This document shows, piece by piece, positions 21,756 to 34,594 of a stretch of 64,000 nt of DNA. A program made the translations under genes and the position numbers. The stretch's first letter is position 1. Each line of letters begins with the position of its first letter. Source of the stretch: Octopus sinensis (taxonomy: Eukaryota); assembly GCF_006345805.1 (NCBI RefSeq), contig NC_043016.1:6510001-6574000 (forward strand). The letters are read 5' to 3'. The notes beneath the pieces are model-generated. The model did not search any database. It was not told where the DNA came from and saw only the letters and a list, made by a program, of their open reading frames with translations.

Positions 21756-24700
21756 GAACGGAGGTGGGTTGATATATGCTGCATTCAAGAAGTGAGGTGG
21801 AGAGGAGGTTCTGCTAGGTTCCTCACAGGCAAAGGACAGAGGTACAAGATTTTCTGGGCTGGGAATACTGACGGAGTCGGGGGTGTGGGCATGCTTATCG
21901 CCGAAAAATGGGTAGATAAGGTAATCGAGGTAGTCAGAGTAAGTGACAGAATAAGTAAGATTAGATTAGTGCTCCATCATAGTTTAGCAACTATTATATC
22001 GGCCTATGCCCCTCAGCCAGGGCTACCTGATGGACAGAAAGACTGTTTCTATGACACCCTACTGCAGACCACATCATTGACGAACGACAGAGACCTTCTC
22101 TTTGTGGCTGGTGACTTCAATGGGCATGTTGGACGATGTGCTGGGGGCTTCCATGGCGTGCATGGAGGCTACGGTTATGGTTCCCGCAACGAGGAGGGAA
22201 CCAGGCTGCTGGAGTTCTGCGATGCGAATAGTCTTATAATTTGCAACACTAACTTCAGGAAACCGACAAGCCACCTGGTCACCTACCGATCGGGCCGGCA
22301 TACTAGCCAAATCGACTACATCCTTGCCAGAAAAAGGGAAAGATGGCTGCTTATAAATGCCAAAACCTTCCCAGGTGAAGAATGCACCCCACAACATAGA
22401 CTGGTAGTTAGTGACTTTAGGATCAGGACTAAGAGGGCGACTAGAAGACGACCAACATGGAGAAGAAGGGTCTGGAAGCTTAAAGACCCTGCGAATGGAC
22501 AGAGATTTAGAGATATGTTATTTGAAGCCTTAGACGAAATGGAAGGGAGTATAGCTACGCATGGGGTAGAAGACAACTGGACGCTCTGAGGGACAACCTG
22601 CTGAAAGCCGCTGACCAGATCTGTGGCTGGTGCAAAGTCCCCTTAAGACCCAAAATAACGTGGTGGTGGAACAATATTGTTGACAGGGCTATTAGACAAA
22701 AGAAACAGGCTTGGAAGGCCTGGAAGAACGGTGGTAGCAGGGAAGTGTATCAGTCTGCCAGAAGGGAAGCCAGGAGACAGGTCTATCTAGCCAGAGAGGA
22801 GGCAGATAAGGAAAAATTTGCCAATGTCCTGCGTCGTGAGGATGAAAGACTTGAGGTATTTCGTGTTGCAAGACAGTGTGTGAGAGAGAATCGTGACGTG
22901 GTAGGAGAAATGTGTTCGCAAGGATGACGGTTCACTTGCGCTTAATGAGGATGCAAAGAGAGAGGCTTGGAGACGCCACTATGATAGGTTGCTGAATGAA
23001 GAAAATGAATGGGATAAAGAGAGTCTGCCGAATGTCGACCCACAGAGGGACCAGCAATCCGAGTTAACAGTTCCTTAGTAGATAAGGCAATTAGAAGCAT
23101 GAAAACAGGGAAAGCCCCAGGCCCATCAGGAATTACTGCAGAGATGCTCAAAATATCTGGTGGTGTCGGCTATAGCTTAGTCACCCGTATAGTTAACCAG
23201 GTGATACACGAGGGGGTCATACCCAATGACTGGTGTAGCAGCATAATAGTCAACTGCTACAAAGGTAAAGGCGACGCCCTAGAGACAAATAACTACAGGG
23301 GCATCAAGCTGCTGGATCAGGTAATGAAGGTTACGGAGAGGGTTATAGCCCAACTAATTAGAGAGAGAGTTAGCTTAGATGATATGCAGTTTGGGTTCGT
23401 GCCAGGGAAAAGTACTACTGATGCTATATTCCTGGTAAGACAGCTGCAGGAGAAATACCTAGCCAAAGATAAGCCCTTGTACCTGGCTTTTGTTGACTTG
23501 GAGAAAGCCTTTGACAGGGTCCCCCGATCCCTTATCTGGTGGTCAATGAGGAAACTAGGGATAGATGAATGGTGGTGAGAGCTGTGCAAGCCATGTACAG
23601 AGACGCTGCTAGTAAGGTGAGGGTTGGCAACGAGTACAGTGAAGAATTCCGGGTAGAGGTTGGGGTCCACCAAGGTTCAGTCCTCAGTCCCCTCCTATTT
23701 ATCATAGTCCTCCAGGCAATAACAGAGGAATTCAAGACAGGTTGCCCCTGAGAGCTCCTCTATGCTGATGACCTTGCTCTAATTGCTGAGTCACTATCAG
23801 AACTGGAGGAGAAGTTTCAGGTGTGGAAACAAGGATTAGAATCGAAGGGCCTTAGAATCAACCTAGCCAAAACCAAAGTTCTAATAAGTAGGAAGGTAGA
23901 TCAATCACAAACGCCTTCAGGTAGATGGCCCTGCTCGATCTGTAAAAAAGGTGTAGGTAGAAACTCTATAAGATGCACCAAGTGTAAGCTATGGACACAT
24001 AAGAGGTGCAGCAATGTCAAAGGAAGGCTAACTAGGAAAATAGTTTTTGTCTGTGGCAAATGCTCAGGAGCAATAAACACTGGAAATGTGCAGAGACCAA
24101 CTTCTGCCACGTTCCAGGGAGACAAACTAGAAGTAGTTGATAGCTTCCGCTACCTAGGAGACCAATTCAGTAGCGGGGGTGGGTGTGCTGAAAGTGTAAC
24201 TGCTAGAGTAAGAATAGCCTGGGCAAAGTTTAGAGAGCTCTTACCCCTGCTGGTGACAAAAGGCCTCTCGCTCAGAGTAAAAGGCAGACTGTATGATGCA
24301 TGTGTACGTACAGCCATGCTACATGGTAGTGAAACATGGGCCGTGACTGCTGAGGATATGCGTAAGCTCGCAAAAATGAAGCCAGTATGCTCCGATGGAT
24401 GTGTAATGTCAGTGTTCATAATCGTCAGAGTGTAAGTTCCTTGAGAGAAAAGTTGAACCTAAGAAGCGTCAGTTGTGGTGTGCAAGAGAGACGGCTGCGC
24501 TGGTATGGTCATGTGACGAGAAAGGCTGAAGATAGTTGTGTGCAAAAGTGCTACACCCTAGCAGTTGAGGGAACCTGTGGAAGAGGTAGACCCAGGAAAA
24601 CCTGGGACGAGGTGGTGAAGCACGACCTTCGAACTTTAGGTCTCACTAAGGAAATGTCTAGAGACCGAGACCTATGGAAGTATGCTGTGCGTGAGAAGAC

Positions 24701-26507
24701 CCGGCAAGACTAGTCAGGCCATAACCGTGGCCCCTACCTGGGACGTAGTCAGTCCTCCTGTGCATACCTTCCTTCTTGTGACACTTATGAAGACCTGTTG
24801 AGGCAAGTGAAAATCAAATCAAAACAAATCAAAATAGATGAACATCAGTGGAATTGTATTCTTTGTGGTACCAGTGCCGGTGGCACACAAGAAAACCACC
24901 CAAACGTGGCCGTAGCAAGTACCGCATCGACTGGCCTCCGTGCTGTGGGCACAACAAACACCATCCGATCGTGGCCGTTCGCCAGCCTCATCTGGCACCT
25001 GTGTCGGTGGCACATAAAGACACCATCCGAAGACCCGGCGACGTAGTCAGTCCACCTGTGTATACCTTCCTTCTTATGACACTTGTGAAGACCTGTTGAG
25101 GCAAGTGTGTGACACTTGTGAAGACCTGTTGAGGCAGAGGCAAGTGTGTGACACTTGTGGAGACCTGTTGAGGCAAGTGTGTGACACGTGTGACACTTGT
25201 GAAGAACTGTTGAGGCAAGTGAAAATCAAAATCAAACCAAATCAAAATAGATGAACATCAATGGAATTTGTATCTTTGTGGTTCCAGTACCGGTGGCACA
25301 CAAGAAAACCATCCGAACGTGGCCGTAGCCAGTACTGCATCGACTGGCCTCCGTGCTGTGGGCACAACAAACACCATCTGATCGTGGCCGTTCACCAGCC
25401 TCATCTGGCACCTGTGTTGGTGGCACATAAAAACACCATCCGAAGACCCGGCGACGTAGTCAGTGCACCTGTGCATACCTTCCCTCTTATGACACTTGTG
25501 AAGACCTGTTGAGGCAAGTGTGTGACACTTGTGAAGACCTGTTGAGGCAGAGGCAAGTTTGTGACACTTTGTGAAGACCTGTTGAGGCAGAGGCAAGTGT
25601 GTGACACTTGTGGAGACCTGTTGAGGCAAGTGTGTGACACGTGTGACACTTGTGAAGACCTGTTGAGGCAAGTGAAAATCAAAATCAAACCAAATCAAAA
25701 TAGATGAACATCAATGGAATTTGTATCTTTGTGGTACCAGTGCCGGTGGCACACAAGAAAACCATCCGAACGTGGCCGTAGCCAGTACCGCATCGACTGG
25801 CCTCCGTGCTGTGGGCACGTAACAAACATCATCCGATCGTGGCCGTTCGCCAGCCTCATCTGGCACCTGTGTCGGTGGCACATAAAAACACCATCCGAAG
25901 ACCCGGCAAGACTAGTCAGGCCATAACCCGTGCCCCTACCTGGGACGTAGTCAGTCCACCTGTGCATACCTTCCTTCTTGTGACACTTGTGAAGACCTGT
26001 TGAGGCAAGTGAAAATCAAAACAAATCAAAATAGATGAACATCAATGGAATTTGTATCTTTGTGGTACCAGTGCTGGTGGCACACAAGAAAATCATCCGA
26101 ACGTGGCCGTAGCCAGTACCGCATAGACTGGCCTCCGTGCTTTGGGGACGTAACAAACACCATCCGATCGTGGCCGTCCGCCAGCCTCATCTGGCACCTG
26201 TGTCGGTGGCACATAAAAACACCATCCGAGCGTGGCCGTCTGCCAGCCTCGTCTGGCACCTGTGTCGGTGGCATATAAAAACACCATCCGAGCGTGGCCG
26301 TTCGCCAGCCTCGTCTGGCACCTGTGTCGGTGGCACATAAAATCACCCACTACACTCTCGGAGTGGTTGGCGTTAGGAAGGGCATCCAGCTGTAGAAACA
26401 CTGCCAGATCTGACTGGCCTGGTGCAGCCTTTGGGCTCCCCAGACCCCAGTTGAACCGTCCAACCCATGCTAGCATGGAAAACGGACGCTAAATGATGAT
26501 GATGATG
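21756..26507 (+). mobile_element. Near-full-length RTE-clade LINE (APE-RT-PHD-like finger-C-term), copy D, with tandemly expanded 3' UTR
   Basis: APE: ICCIQEVRW, ISAYAPQ, VAGDFNGHVG, SQIDYIL, TPQHRLVVSDF; RT: GKAPGPSGI, NYRGIKLL, QFGFVPG, HQGSVLSP, YADDL; several frameshifts/stops; stop at ~24712; 3' UTR units restart near 24742, 25040, 25453, 25943; (ATG)n tail then (TA)n. Confidence 0.95.
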
Positions 26508-26513
26508 ATATAT

Positions 26514-26626
<113 letters not shown>

Positions 26627-26657
26627 TATATATATATGTATGTATATATATTGTATG

Positions 26658-26690
<33 letters not shown>

Positions 26691-26700
26691 GTATGTATAT

Positions 26701-26768
<68 letters not shown>

Positions 26769-26894
26769 CTATGGTATATTCTGTAAAGAATGTAGAAGAG
26801 TACTGTATAAAGCTTGTCCATCTTCAGATTCACCCTTTGCTATCATCCAGTAGTAGTATTATACGTACCTGCAGGTTTGAATTTGGGCATCTGT

Positions 26895-27178
26895 CATGTG
26901 TGAATTGATAATCGAAAAAAATCTGCATGTCCACTCATGAACCAATGTATGTAAAAAGAAAAAAATATCATATACAAATGCACAATCACTACATCACAAC
27001 ATAAATTATGCATACATAGGAGCTACTGAAAATCAATTCAAGGTCCATTATCACAACCATATCTCCTCATTCCAAAAGATAAGCTGGTGGTGTGCAACAT
27101 CATTAGTGAACCTAATTATGGAGATTAGAAGAAGGGAAAATAAATACGAAATAGAATGGTCAGCAATAAAAAAAAAAA
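26895..27178 (+). pseudogene. Penelope-like element GIY-YIG endonuclease fragment, copy 1
   Basis: Manual translation RKKSACPLMNQC..NIIYKCT then (frameshift) YIGATENQFKVHYHNHISSF..ATSL..YEIEWSAIKK. Confidence 0.8.
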
Positions 27179-27810
27179 TGGACACCCACATCCCTGTATA
27201 TAGAAACGGCAAAATGTGTGTGTGCGTGTGTGTGTGTGTCCTTTATACAAATCCACAATTTTTCAGTTAGAGGGCTCGCACTTTCTATGGTCATTCAAAA
27301 CTGTCCAAGGGTGGTTGTGCACTTCTTTACATTTCCCCAGTCACCCCACAAAACCATTAAAAAAAATAGATAAACCGACTCCTTATGTTTCAGGTAACAA
27401 AAGTCTTTAATACAAGGGATGTAACTCACTCCAGCAGTTTAATCTAAAGATATTAAACCATAGCAAAGGAAATAACTCTTTGAAACTCTGCATTTCCCTC
27501 CCTTTGTTATGTATCACACCAAACGTGCAAGTTTTTGATTTGAGAAATGCAGGGAATAATTAACGAGTTAGACCAAGTGAATGACAAGAGAGCGGGATTT
27601 TCATGTGAGACCAAATATGCCTGACTGGCACCAGACCCAGCAACGCCGGTCATAGTGCTAGTAATATATAATTTCTGGTGTATGTTACCTGTCTTTGAGA
27701 AAGCCTTGTGCATTTTGTTAAGTATCAAAATCTTGGTAAACAAGCATACTGAGAAAATCCCAAGATATTGTTACTGCATCAAATTTGCATTTTCCAGATA
27801 CAACACAGTA

Positions 27811-27854
<44 letters not shown>

Positions 27855-28424
27855 GTAATAATTCAGTGAACTCTCTTCCTCTCCCCTTCCCCCTATCCAT
27901 GTGTGTGTAGGTCTGGTTGTATTTCTATATGTTTGTATGTATGCCTGTCTGCATGTCTAGTATACATGGATGTATGTATCTACATATATATGTACTTATA
28001 TTTGTACATGTGTATGAATGTGAGTACACATACATATCCATATATGTGTGAATGTATTTGTGTGTGTGCGTGTATGTGTGTGTGTGTGTGTCTGTGTGTG
28101 TGTACATGTCCAAGAGTTAGTATGTATATGGATATATATGTGAACACCCGTATATGTGTACATGTGGGCTGATTCTGAAAGGTCAGCTAAGGAGAGTTGC
28201 ATGTGTAACCTACCATGAAGAACAAGTCAACAGTACAAAGAAATCAAATGCCAATCCCTTTAAAATGGCAACCACTTTAACAGTATCCCACATCTACACA
28301 TTCGAAGCAGCTTACCAACGGTCCTTCAGCAACAACACACCTTTGATAAACTCAGTGGCTACTTCTAACTCCAGGCCATGACAGAGAGAATGTTCTTGAA
28401 GCTGAGAATTTATGGAGACAATAT

Positions 28425-28840
28425 TTACATATCGCCTGAGGAAACACAACTAGATCTCATAATGTAGGGAAAGGGTTGCATATTCAAGTAGCTGCATGCC
28501 TGGAGAACTATGTTGTGTAGAAACAATTGTAGTGACTGAAAATAAATGGTGTTAAAACTGCAACCTTTGAACTACATCTTCATTTTTGGGAAGAGATGAA
28601 AGTCTGCAGATGCTAAGTCTTATGAATAAGGTGTGTGTGGAAGCCATAACATGTTGTTTTTGGTGAGAAACTCATGAGTGAGGTGCGCTTGGTGACAGGG
28701 GGCATTGTTGATGTAAAGAATCCAATTCTTTGTGCTCCACAGATCCAGTCACTTTTGCCAAACATCCTCCTTCAAATACTTCAAAATGTTGCCATAGAAA
28801 TCTTGATTAATGGTCTGGCCCTAGGTGAGGAATTCTTGTT
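28425..28840 (-). pseudogene. mariner (DD34D) transposase C-terminal fragment
   Basis: GQTINQDFYGNILKYL..LWSTKNWILYINNAPCHQAHLTHEFLTKNN..LPHTPYS*DLASADFHLFPKMK. Confidence 0.88.
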
Positions 28841-28848
28841 ATACAATA

Positions 28849-30025
28849 TATCAGGTCATTTCATAAGTTCTGTCCGATTTTACCTTTTTTAAAATTGAAT
28901 GTAATTTAATAGTATTTTAGGATGTTTAATGGAATTTAAAATTATTTTTATGCATTTGTGTACATTTAAACTAATTGAATATTATGTTACAGAATAATAG
29001 AATTAAAATTTCTTTGATTAAAACCCTTTCTAACATGGAAGTATCCAAAGAGCATTTAAGGCACATAATGCTTTATGAGTACAAAAAAGGAAACTCTGCA
29101 GCCGAAGTGACTTGAAACATACACTCAATTTATGGGAAAGAATGCTTGAATGAAAGAATTTGCAGAAGATGGTTTGCAAAATTCAGAAGTGGAGATTTCA
29201 GCCTTGAAGATGAAGATCAAGCAGGACGTCCAGTTGAGTTTGATGATAAGGTCCTTGAAGCATTACTTGAAGAAAATCCTGCATTATCAGTTGAAGAATT
29301 GGCAATAAAGCTTAGTTCAAACCATACAACTGTTTATTGTCATCTTCAACAACTTGGAAAGGTTCCGAAACTTGGAAAATGTGTGCCTCATGGGTTTTCT
29401 GCAAATCCCGAGTTGACATCTGCTCTTCTCTCCATTCTCATGAATTCATTTCACCCTTTTTGGATAGACTTGTGACTGGTGTCGAAAAATGGATCTTCTA
29501 TCGAAATGTTAAATGTCGTAAACAGTGGCTTGGTAAAAAGGAAAAAAGCTCAATCACAAAGTAGGGAACTTCATGGGAAAAAGGTTCTTCTCTCTATCTG
29601 GTGGGATTGCAAAGGAGTAAATCACTTTGAATCGTTACCACCTAATGCAACAATCAATGCTGAAATCTACTGACGGCAATTAGAGCATTTGAACCAAGCT
29701 TTGAAGGAAAAAACCCCACTATTTTAAATCGAAAAGGAGTGATGTTTCATCAGGTCAATGCGTGACCCAACACTGCAAAGATCACATTACAGAAGATTGA
29801 AGATCTTGGTTAGGAAAAAATTCCTCATCCACCTTATTCTCCCGATCTTGATCCTTCAGACTACCATTTGTTTCGTAGTTTACAGAATCATTTGGGGGTC
29901 ATAACTTTCGCAAGCCAGGAGGAGGTTGAAACTGACATTTCAGAGTTATTCACTTTGAAACCAAAAGAGTTTTACATTGATGAGTTTACAAAGCTTGTAA
30001 ATTGATGGAAGGAAGTCATAGATAT
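28849..30025 (+). mobile_element. mariner element (Hsmar1/cecropia-like), decayed, 3' end lost in (TA)n
   Basis: TIR-like TATCAGGTCATTTCATAAGTTCTGTCCGATTTT; ATG 29035; RRWFAKFRSGDFSLEDE..GRP, VTGVEKW, KKVLLSIWWD, HPPYSPDLDPSDYHLFRSLQNHL. Confidence 0.92.
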
Positions 30026-30026
30026 A

Positions 30027-30111
<85 letters not shown>

Positions 30112-30250
30112 GTATATATATATGTATATATATATGTATATATATGTGTGTATATATATGTATATATATATATGTATATATATATGTATATATATATGTA
30201 TATATGTATGTATATATGTATATATATATGTATATATGTATATATATAAT
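30024..30250. repeat. (TA)n/(TATG)n microsatellite
   Basis: Direct reading. Confidence 0.95.
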
Positions 30251-30297
30251 ACAAGTCTAAAGTCAAGACCTATATATATGTAGGGCCTAATTGAAAA

Positions 30298-30897
30298 CTA
30301 AGTCATAGCATTTTCGCTCACTTCCATTGTTATAGCAGTGTTTGGAAATAAAGTGTGTGGAGTGTGGTGACCTCAAAAAAAAAAAAAAAAGGATCGGGTT
30401 TCAGCTGTGCAGGATCTCTTTGATTGTGTTGAGAAAGAAGAATATATATTGAAAACTACTGGGACTGGTGCTATAAAAAGAAACTACAACACATATCAAT
30501 TTGACATTTAATCTCTTCCAAGGTGGTCCTATTCCGATGCCAAACATTTTGTCCAGTGTTGTTTCCATTGATGGAAGTATTCCTGTAACTCCTTTCTTGG
30601 TATAGCAAGCAGCTGTCATGTCACATTCATTTTGATTTCCTTGATGACTTGAAATCCTGTTAGGATCTTCCACAACGGGGATTGAGCCTTGGTTTTGGGG
30701 GCATAGCCATAGATCCATAATTCATCACCTGCTATGTGTGTTTACAAAAAATATTCTTCTTTCTAAATACAATCAAAGAGATCCTGCACAACTGAAACCT
30801 GACCCTTTTTTTTTTTTTTGAGGTGACCACACACCTCACACTTTATTTCCAAACACTGCTATAACAATGGAAGTGAGCGAAAATGCTATAACTTAGT
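30298..30897 (-). mobile_element. Internally deleted mariner derivative with ~160-bp inverted ends
   Basis: 30298-30460 is an inverted copy of 30740-30897; interior minus strand reads IAGDELWIYGYAPKTKAQS joined to ELQEYFHQWKQHWTKCL. Confidence 0.8.
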
Positions 30898-31059
30898 ATG
30901 CATGTGTGACAGAGTCCATGGTTAACTGGTGCCATGTGGCTTCACTCTGTGTACTTTAGATCTGTTACCATAGCATCAGTCCCAATATTCTTTTATCAGA
31001 CCACATGTATATATATCCTCCTCCTCCGCCTCCTCCTCTTCCTCCCCTCCATCCTCCTC

Positions 31060-31165
31060 AAGGCTATAGCAGAAGACACCTGCCCAAGGTACCACAGAGT
31101 GGGACTGAACCTGGAACCATGTGGTTGGGAAGCAAGCTTCTTACCACACAGTCACACCTGCACCT
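31060..31165 (-). mobile_element. SINE S2 tRNA head
   Basis: agaagacacctgcccaaggtaccacagagtgggactgaacctggaaccatgtggttgggaagcaagcttcttaccacacag. Confidence 0.75.
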
Positions 31166-31636
31166 ATTATATATACATACACATACATATATTATATATA
31201 GTTGACGTTATTATCAGAATATAAATCAATTGTGATTGATTATAATGGTAGATATAAGTGATATAAACAGCTATAATGATTCTTGTATAATTGTCTTTTA
31301 TTCCCATAATGAGTTCAACTTTGATGTTAACCTCTAAACTTGTAGTGTCATAGACACAAACAGATATACCCAATTAATTATGTATACATACACAAAAGCT
31401 GGCAAATTATAAAAGCATTTGTGCTTATATTGTTGATGGGTGATATAAATACAAGTGATTTTATGTACCACAAATCCATATGAGATGTTCTCTCATGGTA
31501 AATATATGTTGGATTGTTAGGATGGCTGTGGAATAGTATTATAACACATCCTTTTGATACACACACACATATAAAAATTAACAGAATGAGATAAAAATCC
31601 AAGATCTTTGAAAGATTTCAGAACATTTGTAAACAG

Positions 31637-31684
31637 GTCTTACAGCTGTTTCTGGGATATTTTAAATATCTCTTCATCGGAGAC
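31637..31684 (-). ncRNA. Type-I hammerhead motif (U4C variant)
   Basis: Minus: gtct-CCGATGA-A-GAGATATTTAAAATATCCC-A-GAAAC-AGCT-GTA-agac; 4-bp stem I. Confidence 0.72.
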
Positions 31685-31854
31685 GGTGTGAGAAAAAGGG
31701 TAAGGAATAGTTATTCTAGATGAGATATGAAATAGAGAGTGAAGTGGAGGAATACAATATCCCTGCATATCTCACGTCTGTTTTCATTCTTCAACTTCAC
31801 TCTCTATTTCATATCTTATCTAGAATAACTATTGCTTAACCTTTTTCTCACACT

Positions 31855-32829
31855 GTCTCTGATGAAGAGATGTGCAAGAGAGACGACTGCGCTGGTATGG
31901 TCATGTGGCAAGAATGGATGAGGATAGCTGTGTGAAAAAGTGCCACATCCACGTGGTTGAGGGAACCTGTGGAAGAGGTAAACCCAGGAAGACCTGGGAT
32001 GAAGTGGTGAAGCACGACCTTTGAACTTTAGGCCTCACCAAGGCAATGTCTAGTGACTGAGACCTTTGGAAATATGCCGTCTGTGAGAAGACCCGGCAAG
32101 CCAAATGAGACCATAATCTCATGGCCTATGCCAGGGGTGTAACCAGCCCACTATGCATACTTTTTCCTTCTTTGGACACTAAACCCTGCTTGTGAAGACC
32201 TGTTGAGGCAAGTGAAATTGAAATTAAAATCAAATCAAAACCAATTTGATGACTGGCATTTGTGCTAGCGGGGTGCAAAGAGCACCATACAAGTGTGATC
32301 ATTGACAGAGCGGCTATTCGAGTATGATCGTTACCAGCATCGCCTTACTGGCACTCATGCCTGTGCTAGTAGGGTGCCAAGAGCACCATCCGAGCGTGAT
32401 CATTGCCAGAGCAGCCAACTGGCTTCCGTACCCCACTATCCGAGCGTGATCATTGCTAGAGCAGCCAACTGGCTTCCGTACCCGTGGCATGTACAAGGGC
32501 ACCATTCGAGTGTGATTGTTACCAATGTCGCTTCACTGGCACCTGTGCCGGTAGCAAGTGTAAAAAGATTCGAGCGAGGTCATTGCCAGTACTGCCTGAC
32601 TGGCCCCCCGTGCTGGTGGCACGTAAAAAGCACCCACTACACTCTCGGAGTGGTTGGCATTAGGAAGGACATCCAGCTGTAAAAACTCTGCCAGATCAAG
32701 AATGGAGCCTGGTGTAGCCATCTGGCTCGCCAGCCCTCAGTCAAAATCACCCAACCCATGCTAGCATGGAAAGCGGACGTTGAACAATGATGATGATGAT
32801 GATGGTGCTCTCAGAAACAGCTGTAAGAC
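31855..32829 (+). ncRNA. Hammerhead motif split by an insertion in loop II
   Basis: gtct-CTGATGA-A-GAGA-tgtgc (31855-75) ... TCTC-A-GAAAC-AGCT-GTA-agac (32809-29). Confidence 0.7.
31876..32804 (+). mobile_element. 5'-truncated RTE (last ORF codons + 3' UTR + (ATG)n)
   Basis: caagagagacgactgcgctggtatgg start; aggaaggacatccagctgt tail; GTGC duplicated at the junctions. Confidence 0.88.
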
Positions 32830-34076
32830 CTTCTATTTATAAATGTTCTGAAATCTTTCAAAACCTTGGATTTTTAACTCATTCTGTATATATACATATA
32901 TACATACATACATATACATACATGCATACACACACACATATGTATCTATGTGTATGTGTGTGTGTGTGTGTGGCAAAGGATGACTAGGAAACTAGGGCAT
33001 GCAGTCCACCACCACTGAGGTGGGGCGGGGGTGTTTCTGAGTGTTCCACCCTTCCCCGTTTTCTGTAGAAAGTGTTGTATTATATATGCTTTGAGATATG
33101 GGGAGTCTGATAATGAAAATAGTTCCTCCCCCCAAAGATGCACTGTTTTGAAGTAGTTTTAAGATATGAGAAACGTACATATAACTTTGGAAATCACCAT
33201 CCAGCAATTTCATCCAGTAGGGGCTATTCAAGCAGTCAACTTTGAGAAAAAAGTTGAAATTCCTTTTAAAGTTTGGAAGAAAATTTGACATTCGCAAACT
33301 CTTGCTGCTGATTGAGGGAGTGCCAAATTAAGTGAATGTCTATAACAATGTACAACTCCTGTCAATGATGCAGATTTTCTGTCTTTACTGACGTTGACTT
33401 ATCCCCTAAACCTTTCGTGAAAGTTTAGGCGATAAGTAAATTAAGATTTCATTTGAAGGCCTGTAGTCTCACCAAACATAACAACAACAAATGCTGTTTT
33501 TATTCGATCATTGGCTGAATTACACCTTCTCTTGTGACAGCTATACAATTAAATGATTTAGTTTTGAATATCACTTGAAAGTGATACCTACAGACACACC
33601 TATGTCTCTGGCGATGGACCTAACTGACTCAGAAGTAATGGTGTCAATCATGGGTTAGATTACACCAATAAATTCAGGAGTTCTTTTCTTATCAGAATGA
33701 TCAGGGTGACAAAAAAAAAAGCAAACAATGCACAAAATAAAAAATGTAAAATGGCAACAATTTACCTATTGCGCCTGTATGTAGGTAAATGGATAGGTAA
33801 ATAGATAGATAGGTGCATAGGTAATACAGGCAGATATGCATACATATGCACACACATGCACACACATAGATACACAAAAGGAGATGGAAACACATGACCA
33901 TATACACACATGCACACTCCACACACACACACACACACACAGACACATATGGAGACACACAGACACATATGGAGACACACAGCCATACATACCAGACACA
34001 CATACATAGTCACACAAACTCATACACATAGATACATTCAAACATGTACACACAAGAAGACAGAGGTAAACTCACA

Positions 34077-34118
<42 letters not shown>

Positions 34119-34381
34119 TACATACACATACATACAAATACACACATACAAACACACAAACATGCATACACAAACACATGAATATACAAAATACATACAT
34201 ATAAACGTACAGACATGCAGATATATATATATGCATATATATATATAATTTTCTAGATATATATATATATATCTAGAAAATTACATATAACAGAAATATT
34301 AAAATTAAAATAACAATAATATACCGATGATTAAGTAAATTGCAAAATAATAATAAAAACGTATATATTTGGTAGAATAAT

Positions 34382-34477
34382 GACACGTGTTTCGTGGCTA
34401 TATTTAAGAAATGATTATAGTAAAAAAATTAATAGTAGTAGTAAAATCGCTTCGATATAAATATAGCCACTCATCAG
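34382..34477 (-). ncRNA. Type-I hammerhead motif with intact core
   Basis: Minus: CTGATGA-GTGGCTATATTT..AAATATAGCCAC-GAAAC-ACGT-GTC; perfect 12-bp stem II, palindromic CACGTG stem III. Confidence 0.8.
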
Positions 34478-34554
34478 GTTAAAAATAAACCACAATAATA
34501 AAATAATTAATTAATAAATATACGTAAATAATCTTTTAAAATATAAATATGTTC

Positions 34555-34594
<40 letters not shown>

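Larger units (their letters stand above)
31581..32887. mobile_element. Fold-back HHR element, right arm interrupted by an RTE 3' fragment
   Basis: Left arm 31581-31752 is inverted against 31786-31875 plus 32805-32887. Confidence 0.85.

Noticed and set aside
26895-26965. In-frame TGA/TAA near PLE cysteines as possible selenocysteine
   Set aside because: Stops do not align with conserved Cys positions and the relic is frameshifted; ordinary decay explains them.
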